The notes: a model not told the origin generated them from the sequence alone. 64,000 bases of DNA from Candidatus Omnitrophota bacterium (GCA_043803685.1 JAZDJU010000031.1:1-64000), one strand, 5' to 3'; shown: positions 18,015 to 27,943, counted from the stretch's first letter. Translations and numbers: made by a program.

Positions 18015-18903
18015 GAAGGATCTGGATCATGGTTTCAAGCGCCCGCGTGAAAGTCACGGGCGTCGGAGAGCAGAAGAGGTCGGAATTCACGAACACGATA
18101 CGGTTCCCGCGCGCGGCCTTGAGTTCCGGATATTTTTCCCACATCCGTTTTTCCTTTTCGCCGTCAAAACCCATACTCGAAATAATGATCATGTCCGGGT
18201 CCTGCGAAAGGACCTTTTCCCGGGAATAGATCGGCCGTTCCGCGTCCGCAGCGATATTCTTCCCGCCCGCGAATTCGATCAGGTCATTCAGAAAAGAATT
18301 CCGCGTCACCGTCACGAGCGGTTCGGATCCCACCTCGAGGAACACCGAGATCGGAGGCCCTTGCGGGACCTTCCGCCGCAGAAGTTCAACGGCCCTCGTT
18401 TCGTCCTCGATGATCTTCGCGGCTTCCGCTTCCCTGCCGATCATTCCCGCGAGCCGGAGGAACGTATCGCCCACCCCCTTGAAATTTTTCGCCGGCGCGA
18501 ACGTTTCCACCCGGAGCCCGAGCGCTTTCATTTTCGCGACCGCCCGGGGATCGATCATCGGCGTCACGATCACAAGGTCCGGCACAAGCGACACCACCTT
18601 CTCAAGATTGATCTCGACGATGCTCCCCGCTTCGGGGATCTCTTGGACTTCCGCGGGCCGGACACAGAAGCGCGACCGCCCGACCACGCGCTTCCCTTCG
18701 CCCAAAAGGAACAGCTCCTCCGTTACCACCGTCGAAAGCGAAACAATGCGCTGGAGCATTCTTGGGCCTTCACTAGAAGCGATCGCACTTCGGGAAATGA
18801 AAACCACTGGGGTCATTAGGATCATGCAGAGCGCAACGCACAACGCGCAACGTTTTCGTGGCTCGTGGATCGTGGATCGTTGCACTTTTCTTTCAGACTT
18901 CAC
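17995..18903 (-). CDS. btuF: Cobalamin-binding periplasmic protein (BtuF-like)
   Basis: 'RIVSLS..VTEELFLLG', 'INLEKVVSLVPDLVI', 'FAGGKNI'; operon context. Confidence 0.85.
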   Translation of the reverse strand: MKSERKVQRSTIHEPRKRCALCVALCMILMTPVVFISRSAIASSEGPRMLQRIVSLSTVVTEELFLLGEGKRVVGRSRFCVRPAEVQEIPEAGSIVEINLEKVVSLVPDLVIVTPMIDPRAVAKMKALGLRVETFAPAKNFKGVGDTFLRLAGMIGREAEAAKIIEDETRAVELLRRKVPQGPPISVFLEVGSEPLVTVTRNSFLNDLIEFAGGKNIAADAERPIYSREKVLSQDPDMIIISSMGFDGEKEKRMWEKYPELKAARGNRIVFVNSDLFCSPTPVTFTRALETMIQILHANYPH

Positions 18904-19562
18904 GCCACACTCCCGAGTTCCAGCGTGGAGGCCCAATGCTTTTCGATCATCCGAGGTTCTCCCTCCCGGAAAGGGACCGGCGCGCGGAATAGCGGTCCAT
19001 CGTAAACGAAGGTGTGATACTCGCCTTTTTCACCGCACGCGTCGACATGCGGCAAGGCTCTCATTTTTCCCATAAAATCTCTGTCGATCTCACAGCCCAG
19101 CCATTCCTCACCCAGGACCGCCGCGTCCGTCACGACGATCCGGCTCTTGAACCCCGCGGAAATGAATTCCGTGAGCAGGTCTTCGCGTTTCGCGTCCCAA
19201 AGAGGGAAAAAAGCCTGGATCTCCATCTCCCGGCAAACCCTCTCCAGCCAGTCCCGGTGCGCCCAAAGATCAATATCCCCGAAGACCCCCGCTTCGACAC
19301 CCTGCGCTTTCAGATCCGCGATCGCTTTTTTAAACTCCGCTTCATATTCCTTGCGGGAGGCTTTGCGCTGAAGGATCGGGATCCCCATCCTGTTCGCCTG
19401 TTCCCGGAGCAGATCCGCGGGAAGGCAATGGGAGAGAGAACATTCCCCGGTCTCCGTCAGCATATTCAGTAAGCACGCGACTTCTATTCCCGGCTGTCGC
19501 AGAATGCGGTAGCAGGCGAGCAGGCAATCCTTGCCGCCGCTCCAGGAAACGAAAGCTTTCAT
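18900..19562 (-). CDS. Dph6-like (DUF71) PP-loop ATP-dependent amide ligase
   Basis: 'SWSGGKDC', 'FGDIDL', 'DACGEKGEYHTFVYDGPLF'. Confidence 0.88.
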   Translation of the reverse strand: MKAFVSWSGGKDCLLACYRILRQPGIEVACLLNMLTETGECSLSHCLPADLLREQANRMGIPILQRKASRKEYEAEFKKAIADLKAQGVEAGVFGDIDLWAHRDWLERVCREMEIQAFFPLWDAKREDLLTEFISAGFKSRIVVTDAAVLGEEWLGCEIDRDFMGKMRALPHVDACGEKGEYHTFVYDGPLFRAPVPFREGEPRMIEKHWASTLELGSVA

Positions 19563-21061
19563 AAACAGACCTCTTTTTTTTCGGATAGCCCAAGACAGGA
19601 CCGAAGCAATCCCAGATCCAGGTTCCGCGTCAAATGGTCCGCCCAAAGCCGGTAATGCTCCTCTTTTCTCGTCCAGGACGACACAGCATTCGGGTCCGCG
19701 GCCCTTGGCTTACCGGCATGCGCGGCCAAGGCATCCAGAAAAGATTCGCGAAATTCCGCGCTCTCAAAAAGACCGTGGTAATACGTCCCGGCCAAATTCC
19801 CGGAAGCGTGAAGAGGACCGAGCGCGCCGCCTGCTCCGCCAAGACTGCTTTCCCCCATATGAATTTCGTACGCTTCCACTTTCCCCCGCACGGAGAGCCC
19901 AAGCCATTGCACGTCCAGAGAAGTGGAAACACGCCGCAGGACCTTTTGCGCGCCAAACCGCGTCGTCATGTCAAGAAAACCGAACCCGTCCATTTCCGGG
20001 CTCAGGGATTCCACGCGGTCCGGGTCCAACAATTTCCTTCCCATCATCTGATAACCACCGCAGATCCCCAGGACCGCCCCGCCGCCCGCCACGAACGCCC
20101 GGAGCTTTCCCCCGAAACCCGCCTCCACCAGATAACGGCAATCGGCCATCGTCGCCTTGGTCCCCGGTAAGATCACAAGGTCCGGAACTCCCAGTTTTGC
20201 GGCGGAGTCCACATAGCGAAGTCTCACGCCGGGTTCTGCCCTCAGGACCTCAAAATCCGTGAAGTTCGACATCCGCGGAAGCAGGACCACCGCGATGTCC
20301 AGATCGCTTGCGGAAACGGCGGACGCGTGAGCGTGCTTCTCCGGCAGAGCGTCCTCCTCGTCGAGCTTAATGTGATGCGCGTAGGGCAGCACACCCCAGA
20401 TCTTTTTGCCGCTTTTCTTTTCGATGAAATCCACGCCGTCATGAAAGAGCGTTTGGTCCCCGCGGAATTTATTGACGATCAATCCCTGAATGCGGTCGCG
20501 CTCCCCCGGGGTCAGAAGGTCCAGCGTCCCCAAAAGTGACGCGAAGATCCCGCCCTTGTCGATATCCCCCACCAGCACGCACGCGGCGTCCGCCCACTCC
20601 GCCATCTGCATGTTCACGAGATCGTTCTTTTTAAGATTCACCTCCGCCGGACTGCCCGCTCCTTCGAGAACGATCACTTCATATTCCGAAGAGAGCCGCT
20701 CGTACGATTCGAGGATCGCTCGTGAGATCACTTCGCGCTGGGCATAATAATTTCTGGCCGAGAGATGGCCGATCGCGTGTCCTTGCACGACCACCTGGGA
20801 ATGATTGTCCGCCGCGGGTTTCAGCAGAACCGGGTTCATGTCCACGTGCGGGCGAACCCGCGCGCATTCGGCCTGGACCACTTGCGCGCGTCCCATTTCG
20901 CCGCCCTCTTCGGTGACGTAGGAATTGTTGGACATGTTCTGCGCCTTGAACGGGGCCACACGATATCCCCAATCGGAAAGGACCCGGCAAAAACCGGACG
21001 CGATCACGGACTTCCCCACTCCGGACCCCGTCCCCAACACCATAATGGCTTTAGCTTTCAT
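19559..21061 (-). CDS. cobQ: Cobyric acid synthase
   Basis: 'GTGSGVGKS', 'PFKAQNMSNN', 'EGAGSPAEVNL', 'SNFTDF', 'GICGGYQM', 'GTYYHGLF'. Confidence 0.95.
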   Translation of the reverse strand: MKAKAIMVLGTGSGVGKSVIASGFCRVLSDWGYRVAPFKAQNMSNNSYVTEEGGEMGRAQVVQAECARVRPHVDMNPVLLKPAADNHSQVVVQGHAIGHLSARNYYAQREVISRAILESYERLSSEYEVIVLEGAGSPAEVNLKKNDLVNMQMAEWADAACVLVGDIDKGGIFASLLGTLDLLTPGERDRIQGLIVNKFRGDQTLFHDGVDFIEKKSGKKIWGVLPYAHHIKLDEEDALPEKHAHASAVSASDLDIAVVLLPRMSNFTDFEVLRAEPGVRLRYVDSAAKLGVPDLVILPGTKATMADCRYLVEAGFGGKLRAFVAGGGAVLGICGGYQMMGRKLLDPDRVESLSPEMDGFGFLDMTTRFGAQKVLRRVSTSLDVQWLGLSVRGKVEAYEIHMGESSLGGAGGALGPLHASGNLAGTYYHGLFESAEFRESFLDALAAHAGKPRAADPNAVSSWTRKEEHYRLWADHLTRNLDLGLLRSCLGLSEKKEVCL

Positions 21062-21082
21062 TCGATCCCTCAAATTTCTTTG

Positions 21083-21218
21083 TCCCCTCTTTCGCAAAGA
21101 GGGGTTCGGGGAGATTTCTCGAGTCTCCCGATGCAATTCAAATCCCCCTCGGGTCCCCCTTTTCCAAAGGGGGAATTTACTTCTTCCCCTCTTTAGCAAA
21201 GAGGGGCTCGGGGAGATT
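21083..21218. repeat. REP/BIME-like cluster of three CCCCTCTTT-N-AAAGAGGGG palindromes
   Basis: Two direct copies of cccctcttt(cg/ag)caaagagggg(t/c)tcggggagattt flank one inverted unit between tonB and cobQ. Confidence 0.8.
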
Positions 21219-21826
21219 TAGACCTTATCGTCCTCGAGCTTAAACGTGACCGGAGTTTCGACAACATCTTTGACCGGCTGGCCTGCTTTCAGCGCCGGCT
21301 GGAATTTCCATTTTTTGACCGCATCACGGGCCGCCTCGTCCAGAAGCGCGTGCCCTGAAGACTGCGTAAGCTCCACACGCCCCACGGAGCCGTCGGGAAG
21401 CACTTCGTACGTCAGCACCACACGCCCCTCCCACCCACGCCGGACCGCTTTCTTAGGATAAGGGACCGCCTCCGGAGTCGAGATCAGGAATGACGACGTC
21501 CAGCCTGCGGGAGCCGCCTCTTCACTCGTTTGACGGCTTGGGCTAGCATTCTGTTCCGGACGGGAAATACGGGGGCCCATCTGATTGCCGGGAAATCCCG
21601 CGGTCGAGAACGCGGAGGGCGCCACGAACTTTTGCGGCGTCGCGGCCACACGCTCCGAAGCTTTCGCTTTCACGTTCACCGGCACGCTCCGGGAAAGCAC
21701 AGGCCCCGCTTCGACCGAAGACCAGGCCCCGGCACTCTCCTGCGCCTCAAGACGCACTCCGCAGAGGGCCGCCACGAACAAACTCACGCCGATGATCTTT
21801 AAACGTTGTTTCACCAGAACTCCCAT
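21218..21826 (-). CDS. tonB: TonB-family energy transducer
   Basis: C-terminal 'YPKKAVRRGWEGRV...SSGHALLDEAARDAVKKWKFQPA'. Confidence 0.88.
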   Translation of the reverse strand: MGVLVKQRLKIIGVSLFVAALCGVRLEAQESAGAWSSVEAGPVLSRSVPVNVKAKASERVAATPQKFVAPSAFSTAGFPGNQMGPRISRPEQNASPSRQTSEEAAPAGWTSSFLISTPEAVPYPKKAVRRGWEGRVVLTYEVLPDGSVGRVELTQSSGHALLDEAARDAVKKWKFQPALKAGQPVKDVVETPVTFKLEDDKV

Positions 21827-24129
21827 TTGGTTCCGATCACAAATTCCCGCGAAGCCCCTGGATCGACAAAGGTGTAGGTCCCGGCAGGGTAAATGGCCGT
21901 GCCGAACGAAGTGGCGTTAATGGCACGCGAGTAGTACTTCTCATTGAACACGTTATTCACTTTCAGATAGACCTGCTTGCCGCGCCAGTCGTACGAGAGA
22001 ATAAGGTCCCAGACCGAGTAGGGCTTGATCCAATGCCCCGCCCCCCCGGTCGTATTCAAAGTCGCCTGGGTCGCCGTCTCATAAGAGGTCGGATGCTGTT
22101 GTCCGGTAATGGTACCGTACAACCCCGCTTTAAGTCCCTTATAATTTTCGCCCAAACGGGCGAGCGGCGTGACCGTGATCCCCGTCGTGAAACGGTTCTC
22201 GGGAACCTGTCCGAGGGCCCGGCCGTCCTTCAAACTTTCGGCGCCGTCCGTTTCGCGGACAAAAGCCTTGGTGAACGTATAACTGCCGTAGAGCTTGACC
22301 TCTTCGACCGGCGTCACGTCCAGGCGCGTCTCGATACCGTAACGACGGGTTTTGGACACATTGATGTTCCGTCCCCACGGTGTTGCCGCGCTGATGGCTG
22401 TGCTGTCGTAGCGGATCTCATCTTCGACATCGATGAGAAAATAACTCAGCTTGCCCTCGGCGTACTTCCCCGCCCGGAGCCGGGTACCGGCCTCGTAGCT
22501 ATTGGACAGTTCCGGCGTCAGAGGCGTAAGCGATGTGCCCCCGTAGGGCGCGAGCTCGGTGATCGTCGGAACGCGGAAGCCCTGGGAATAATTGGTAAAA
22601 AGATCCACGCTCTTGACCGGCTTGACGGTGACGCCCGTCGAGACCGTCGATCTGTTCCAACGGTTCGTTTGTCCGGCCGCGCGATTCAATCCGCTCTGGG
22701 ACGCGAACCAGTTGTAATCGTGCCGCATACTGACGTACGGGATCACCTTGTCAAAAAATTTGAGCGTCTCGTTCCAGAAAAGCGCGACGTTGTCGGCCTG
22801 AGCGGTCCGGTCCGTGCGAGTGACGGGATTCGAAGGCACCGTGCCGTTCGGAGCGTCTCGTTGGATCGACCAATTGCGGCCCGCCCGGTATTCCATCCCC
22901 AGCAGGCTCTCGTTCCCGAGCCAGCCCCACGTGTCCTGATAACGGGTCTGCCACGTGAGGTCCCGCTCCTGGTTCTTGGTGTTCAGAAGCGACGTGTAGG
23001 GATTGTATCCGTAAGAAACAAAGGTTCCCGTCGTGTTGACAAAACTGATGTCGTTCCAGCGTTCGCTCGCGAGGATCGAAGCCAGGATCCGGTCATCCCA
23101 GAACTTCTTTTCGGCGCCCACCTGGACGATCGTGTTCTTGAACTTGCGGCCGTCCAGAGGCTTGTTCGTGCGCCGGTCGTCATCCTGATATTGCTGAAAG
23201 GTCATTTCCCCCGGCATCGAGACCGCGTCCTCGATATGCTTCAGCCCAAAGGAGATCTTCCCCTGGTCCTCGGGCAGCTCATAAGCGGTCTTGATATCGA
23301 ACGAGGTCAGCCGGAATTCACTATTCGGACGAAAGCCGTGTTCGTCATCGCGTTCGCCGTTAAAATAATACCCCAGCTTGCCGCCGAGGGGCGTCAGCTT
23401 GTCCTTCAAGGTTCCGCTCATGCCCTGGTTGAACCGCAGTCCGTGGAAACTCGTCCATTCCAGTCCGCCAAAAAGATGGACGGGCTTCTCGCTCGGCTGC
23501 CCCGTCGTGACATGGACCACGCCGCCGAACGCGTTGCTCCCGTAAACGGACGAAGCCGACCCTCGGTCGATCTGCACCGACTGGGTGTCGCGCATCCGCA
23601 TCAAAGGAAAATTGACACTATTGCCGTCCACTTCGTTCACACGAACGCCGTCCACCAGAAAGATGACCGTGCTGGGGTCCGTAAAACCGCGAAGGGCAAA
23701 GGTCGTGTCGAGCCCGTTCCCCGTGGAATCGTAAAGAACCACGCCTTCCGAATCCCTCACGGCGTCCTGAAGAGTGTCGGGTTTGATCGTGTCCAGGGAA
23801 GTCGCGTCCTTAAAGGTCACGTTGAAAGGAACGTCGGAGATCTTCTTGCGGAAACTCGGGATCCTGGAAGCCACGACTGTCACGTCAGCCACGGGCTGCG
23901 GCGGAGGACCCTTAACTTCCGTCTTCGAATCGGTGGACGCTTCTGTGGTAACAGCCGCCGCTTTTCCGTCCGTCTGACTTTGTTCTTTTTCCGTGGCACT
24001 TGGCTCGTGGTCCGTGGCACGGTTTTTAGAGAACGGCCAGCTCCAGCCGATGTTCAGAAGGCAAACTGCGAGGAACAGAATACTGATCTTCCGAAGATGC
24101 TCGCTCCGGATCTTTTGTTTTGTGGACAC
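21811..24129 (-). CDS. btuB: TonB-dependent receptor, probable cobalamin receptor
   Basis: TonB-box-like 'DVTVVAS', plug 'LRGF...LVDGV...GSASSVYGSNAFGGVV', barrel ending in aromatic residues; lies under a cobalamin riboswitch; start uncertain (GTG 24129). Confidence 0.85.
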   Translation of the reverse strand: MSTKQKIRSEHLRKISILFLAVCLLNIGWSWPFSKNRATDHEPSATEKEQSQTDGKAAAVTTEASTDSKTEVKGPPPQPVADVTVVASRIPSFRKKISDVPFNVTFKDATSLDTIKPDTLQDAVRDSEGVVLYDSTGNGLDTTFALRGFTDPSTVIFLVDGVRVNEVDGNSVNFPLMRMRDTQSVQIDRGSASSVYGSNAFGGVVHVTTGQPSEKPVHLFGGLEWTSFHGLRFNQGMSGTLKDKLTPLGGKLGYYFNGERDDEHGFRPNSEFRLTSFDIKTAYELPEDQGKISFGLKHIEDAVSMPGEMTFQQYQDDDRRTNKPLDGRKFKNTIVQVGAEKKFWDDRILASILASERWNDISFVNTTGTFVSYGYNPYTSLLNTKNQERDLTWQTRYQDTWGWLGNESLLGMEYRAGRNWSIQRDAPNGTVPSNPVTRTDRTAQADNVALFWNETLKFFDKVIPYVSMRHDYNWFASQSGLNRAAGQTNRWNRSTVSTGVTVKPVKSVDLFTNYSQGFRVPTITELAPYGGTSLTPLTPELSNSYEAGTRLRAGKYAEGKLSYFLIDVEDEIRYDSTAISAATPWGRNINVSKTRRYGIETRLDVTPVEEVKLYGSYTFTKAFVRETDGAESLKDGRALGQVPENRFTTGITVTPLARLGENYKGLKAGLYGTITGQQHPTSYETATQATLNTTGGAGHWIKPYSVWDLILSYDWRGKQVYLKVNNVFNEKYYSRAINATSFGTAIYPAGTYTFVDPGASREFVIGTKWEFW

Positions 24130-24167
24130 AAAAAAACCCTTTCCGCCTCGAAGGGGCAAGAAAGGGT
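24130..24167 (-). terminator. Intrinsic terminator in the riboswitch expression platform
   Basis: Minus strand accctttcttgccccttcgaggcggaaagggt followed by a T-run. Confidence 0.75.
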
Positions 24168-24285
24168 GACCTGTCTTGACCTCTGCTCGGAGGCATTAGA
24201 ATGATGAGCCACGATCCACGCCCCACGTTCCACGAATTCTGCTTCAGTTTTCGTGGCCCGTGCAACATGGCCCTTGGCCCGGTTT

Positions 24286-24453
24286 TAATGACAGGTTTGA
24301 TATTCTGACTAGGTAAGTATTAGCCTACTCGCGAGCCTTCCCTTCCCTTTCGGAAAAGTGGCTATTCGCTTTCGTCCTTACCGACAGCGGCGGCACCGTG
24401 GAGTCGTTTCGCCGAACTTCGGCGTCACGCTCACTTCCCAATGCCTGTCATTA
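24286..24453 (-). promoter_or_regulatory. Cobalamin riboswitch
   Basis: Minus strand: P1 taatgacagg/cctgtcatta, GGGAA, 'gccgccgctgt', 'gccact...gggaagg', B12-box-like 'agtcagaa'; upstream of btuB and cobQ. Confidence 0.88.
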
Positions 24454-24609
24454 CGTTCCCTCAAAACAAAAATTATTTCGAGGGAACTTTTTCAAAGAAA
24501 CCCTTCGCTTTAGCTCTGGGTAAGTGGGCCGGAAATTACCCGCCCCCTTAAAGAACAACCAACAACACGCGGATTATACTCACGAACCCCCACACCACAA
24601 CAAAAAAAA

Positions 24610-24720
24610 GGGGCTCCCCACTCCAAGACCCGGTTCTAGAACCCGGTCTTGGAAGGGGTTCGCTGATCTGTCATTGCGAAGGAGTCCGCCGAGATTTGTG
24701 GCGGACGACTGCGGCAATCT
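24610..24720. repeat. Two adjacent REP-like palindromes
   Basis: ggggctccccactccaagacccggttctagaacccggtcttggaagggg (near copy at 36076-36124), then gtcattgcga...gcaatct. Confidence 0.7.
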
Positions 24721-24806
24721 GCTTTGAGCCAATCCCGTGCCACGTTCCACGACCCACGCGCCACGTTTTTCCGTGGTCCGTGGCTCTTGGCCTGTGGCTC
24801 CGTTCT

Positions 24807-26138
24807 CTAATTATCTCTCACTCTCATGGCGAAGCCGCGTTCCACCAACTTCTGATTTACATAGACGCTATTAATGAAAACATCCGCCAGGTAACGGTCA
24901 TACTTGTCCGACTTGGAGGTTTTGACCAAAACCTCCGTTCCACGTTCCACGACCCACGCTCCACGTGCCTGCCCTTCACCCTTGTCCCCATTTTTTCCCG
25001 TGGACCGTGGCCCTTGTCCCGTGTCCCTGTTTTTCGTGTCCCTTGGCTCGTGGCTCGTGTCCCCATTTATCATTTGTTCTAAAAATACTTTCGCCTCCTT
25101 CCCTTCCTTGCTCACCATCTCCGGCGCGTCAATGCCGCGCAGGCGCAGCGTCTGCACGCTCCGCACACCGAACCCCAGGTCCACCACCGCCTTCACCGTG
25201 TCGCCGTCCAGCACTTCGATAATGGACGCGCGGTACGTGTAAAGGTCGTCCGCCGTGCGCTTCGAGAGTTTGATCTTGTCTGAAGGCGACGAACCTTCCG
25301 GCATCGCGAACAAAGCTTCAATGATCGCCCCTTCCTTGAAACCCAGAGGTCGCGACGTCCGGTAATAGTTCGAGAACCCGAGATCGATCACCATTTTCCC
25401 CACCTCAGGACCCACAGTCGCCTTGACCATCCTATAAGTCCCGACTTTCCCCAGCTTCGCCGTGAGCTTCTCCTCCACGACCACGGGCGCCGTGACTTCA
25501 CCCTTCGCCTCCTTGCGCCGTTTCACCTCTTCACGGATTTGATCGCGATTCCAATTTTCTTTGGCAGCTTTCTCTGTAAGCTCGTCACGGTCCTTAGAGT
25601 CATTCACGGCAAGAAGCTCCCGGTAATCTGACCAAGTCAACTTCCCCGCATGCGGGGAAATGGGGTACGCCCTGGCGAATTGGAGCATATACCCCAATTC
25701 CGTGTCACTCACGCCCAGGTCATTCGCAAGCCTGAGAAGCACCTGCTTCCCATAATCCGCTCTTTCCTTGTGCTGAAGCACATGCTCGTCAATGAGCTTG
25801 CCGATCTCCCAGTTCTCGCGCACCTTCTCTTGCGCTACCGCCTGCTCCACCCGTGCCTGACTCTCCCCCCTCGCCTTCCGAATCGCCGCCACCAGTTGGT
25901 CGTAAGTCGTTACGGTCGCAGTAGACGATTGTCCTACGGTCACAGTAGACGCCTGTTCGCCAACTACTTCCGGCACGTCCTTCTGAAGAACTTGAGGAGT
26001 GTCCTGTGGAACCACCTGCGGAGAATCCGTTTGTACTACCTCCGGAGCGTCAAGTGGGAGCGTCTGCTCCTCCGCCCTCAACGCGCCCGACGCCCCAAAA
26101 ACCAGAAGAAATAAGATAACCGTCAGTTTCGTTTTCAT
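24807..26138 (-). CDS. Signal peptide + DUF1016(YhcG)-N + thermonuclease (SNase) fusion
   Basis: 'WEIGKLI...RADYG...LANDL...FARAYP...LTWSDYRELL' and 'VLDGDT...LRLRGIDAPE...DKYDRYLADV...VNQKLVERGFA'. Confidence 0.85.
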   Translation of the reverse strand: MKTKLTVILFLLVFGASGALRAEEQTLPLDAPEVVQTDSPQVVPQDTPQVLQKDVPEVVGEQASTVTVGQSSTATVTTYDQLVAAIRKARGESQARVEQAVAQEKVRENWEIGKLIDEHVLQHKERADYGKQVLLRLANDLGVSDTELGYMLQFARAYPISPHAGKLTWSDYRELLAVNDSKDRDELTEKAAKENWNRDQIREEVKRRKEAKGEVTAPVVVEEKLTAKLGKVGTYRMVKATVGPEVGKMVIDLGFSNYYRTSRPLGFKEGAIIEALFAMPEGSSPSDKIKLSKRTADDLYTYRASIIEVLDGDTVKAVVDLGFGVRSVQTLRLRGIDAPEMVSKEGKEAKVFLEQMINGDTSHEPRDTKNRDTGQGPRSTGKNGDKGEGQARGAWVVERGTEVLVKTSKSDKYDRYLADVFINSVYVNQKLVERGFAMRVRDN

Positions 26139-26218
26139 TTTAACCTCTAATTAAGTGATGTGCCTGCCCTGCGTAGCTTTAGCGGAGGAAGGCCCCCCGA
26201 CTGGACAGGGTCGCCAGT

Positions 26219-27085
26219 CTACACTGTAGTCTTTTCAAGATAGGCGTTCTTTCGTTGTAATAAGTCTGACAGTCTTTTTTTCTCTTGAGTTACGGCGTCG
26301 ATATGTTCAGCGCTTAATATCGAAGTGGACACCCACGCATGCGGCTCTCTTTTAACATCCCATAAAAAATGCACATCCATCGCCCTCGGACGGTTAATAC
26401 CCCTTCCAGAATATTTCCATGAAATTATCAACAAAACAGTTTCATCATTAAGTCCAGCGCTTGATGAATAAGCAATCTGCGTTTTTTCATCAACGTCAAT
26501 ATCCTTTTTACGCTCCACGCCTTGTTTGAGGCTTTTAATTATTTGTTTTTTCGCGTCTTTGTACCCAGGGATATCTATGTTGTTTTCGATTTTTATAATC
26601 TCCCAAACCAAAACGAGGTCTTCCCCAGGAAGATTGCCCACATTAACCAGATTGATATTACCGTTTCTAACATCCCCCTCCACACCCAAAACCAGCCTTG
26701 CTCGGTTCATCATAGCAAATTCCAAGGATTGTTCTCTCTGCGTGTTCGCTTGAATACAAACTCCTATCGAAGCGATCAAGATCGATGCCGCAGTAATAAT
26801 ATTTACGGGCTTTATCTTGTAAACTCTCCCGCCAAGAATCATAAGAAGGGGAATCAGCCCCACCCACAAGTAACTTTTTCCGCCCCAACATAGCACCATT
26901 GAGAAAATTCCGACTGGAATAAAAAACCAAAGAATGAATTCTGAGAATTTTTGAGGCATGAAGTTGCCGAACATTTCACGCACATCTTCTTTGAACGTAA
27001 TTTCTCTGGGCTGTTCACTCTGGCAATGGCTGCACTTAGTTGCTTCTTCGCATATTTCTTCACAGCAGCACTTACATTTTTTCAT
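26219..27085 (-). CDS. Hypothetical membrane protein with N-terminal zinc ribbon
   Basis: 'KKCKCCCEEI..EATKCSHC', 3 TM segments, low GC; GGAGG RBS. Confidence 0.7.
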   Translation of the reverse strand: MKKCKCCCEEICEEATKCSHCQSEQPREITFKEDVREMFGNFMPQKFSEFILWFFIPVGIFSMVLCWGGKSYLWVGLIPLLMILGGRVYKIKPVNIITAASILIASIGVCIQANTQREQSLEFAMMNRARLVLGVEGDVRNGNINLVNVGNLPGEDLVLVWEIIKIENNIDIPGYKDAKKQIIKSLKQGVERKKDIDVDEKTQIAYSSSAGLNDETVLLIISWKYSGRGINRPRAMDVHFLWDVKREPHAWVSTSILSAEHIDAVTQEKKRLSDLLQRKNAYLEKTTV

Positions 27086-27117
27086 AAATTCCCTCCAGGC
27101 CTCAAGGCGTCGAACGA

Positions 27118-27163
27118 TACCGGGCACCTTGGGGACGACTACTTTTGACTCACCTTACGCATC
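27118..27163. repeat. About 46-bp intergenic motif, copy 1
   Basis: taccgggcaccttggggacgactacttttgactcaccttacgcatc; homolog at 28824-28869. Confidence 0.75.
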
Positions 27164-27230
27164 TGTCCGCAGAAGCTGTGTGGCGGGGACGGCGTCCGGC
27201 ATACGATGCACGGATTTTCTAAATATCATT

Positions 27231-27794
27231 TTATCCCAGTAATTTATCCCACCCTGCATTCGATATCGCACCTTTAAATATCACATTCTCCGGCTTAACC
27301 TCTATTTTTTTATTTTCAAGAAGTAAATGCCAAACACCTTCATAATGCAAAATAGGGCCAGACCCTCCCAAAATATGCATGCCGAACAAATGAGGAACTT
27401 CCAACTTAATAGGCGTGGGAATTCCTGGCCGCAAAGAATACTTTCCGGTAACCTTACTATTACCATCAAAAAAACCTATCGACTGGAGCGATACGGAACC
27501 ATTACCAGTCAAGCTAAAGCCACCCACATATTCCGCCCCTGTAACAATATATATTTTGTTAATATCTTTATTAACCACTTCCAGTAAAAGCCCTATTTGA
27601 TATTTGTCAGTCTCTTTTTCAACATAATAAATATCAACTTTTTTACAAAATAAGTTCGAAACTCTTAAATTCCAAACAAACCAAATCACATAGAGCGCCA
27701 GACACAAAATAAACACCCCAAAAACAATCCATGAAAACAATTTGAATGTACCAGAACCTTCTACGGCTGCCTTTAAAACATTCCATTGATCCAT
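27231..27794 (-). CDS. Hypothetical single-TM protein
   Basis: 187-aa ORF in very AT-rich DNA with one N-terminal TM segment. Confidence 0.65.
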   Translation of the reverse strand: MDQWNVLKAAVEGSGTFKLFSWIVFGVFILCLALYVIWFVWNLRVSNLFCKKVDIYYVEKETDKYQIGLLLEVVNKDINKIYIVTGAEYVGGFSLTGNGSVSLQSIGFFDGNSKVTGKYSLRPGIPTPIKLEVPHLFGMHILGGSGPILHYEGVWHLLLENKKIEVKPENVIFKGAISNAGWDKLLG

Positions 27795-27943
27795 ATTATT
27801 TTCTCGCTTTTTTAAAATTATCGTCTAACGGCGTTGCGTGTTCTTAAGCACTGCTCCGCTGCCGTGGGAGCTGCTACTTTCGGCTCGTCTTGCGTCTCCC
27901 CTGCGAAGCAGTAGAGTTTCAAACTCTGCCGAGCGTGCCAAAA

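Noticed and set aside
21062..21199. 46-aa N-terminal extension of CobQ in the ORF track
   Set aside because: It is translated REP-like palindromes; CobQ homology starts at ATG 21061
22033..24204. 723-aa plus-strand ORF (likewise 48359-49810, 11784-12773, 4360-5364)
   Set aside because: Antisense shadows of well-supported genes in GC-rich DNA; no recognisable motifs
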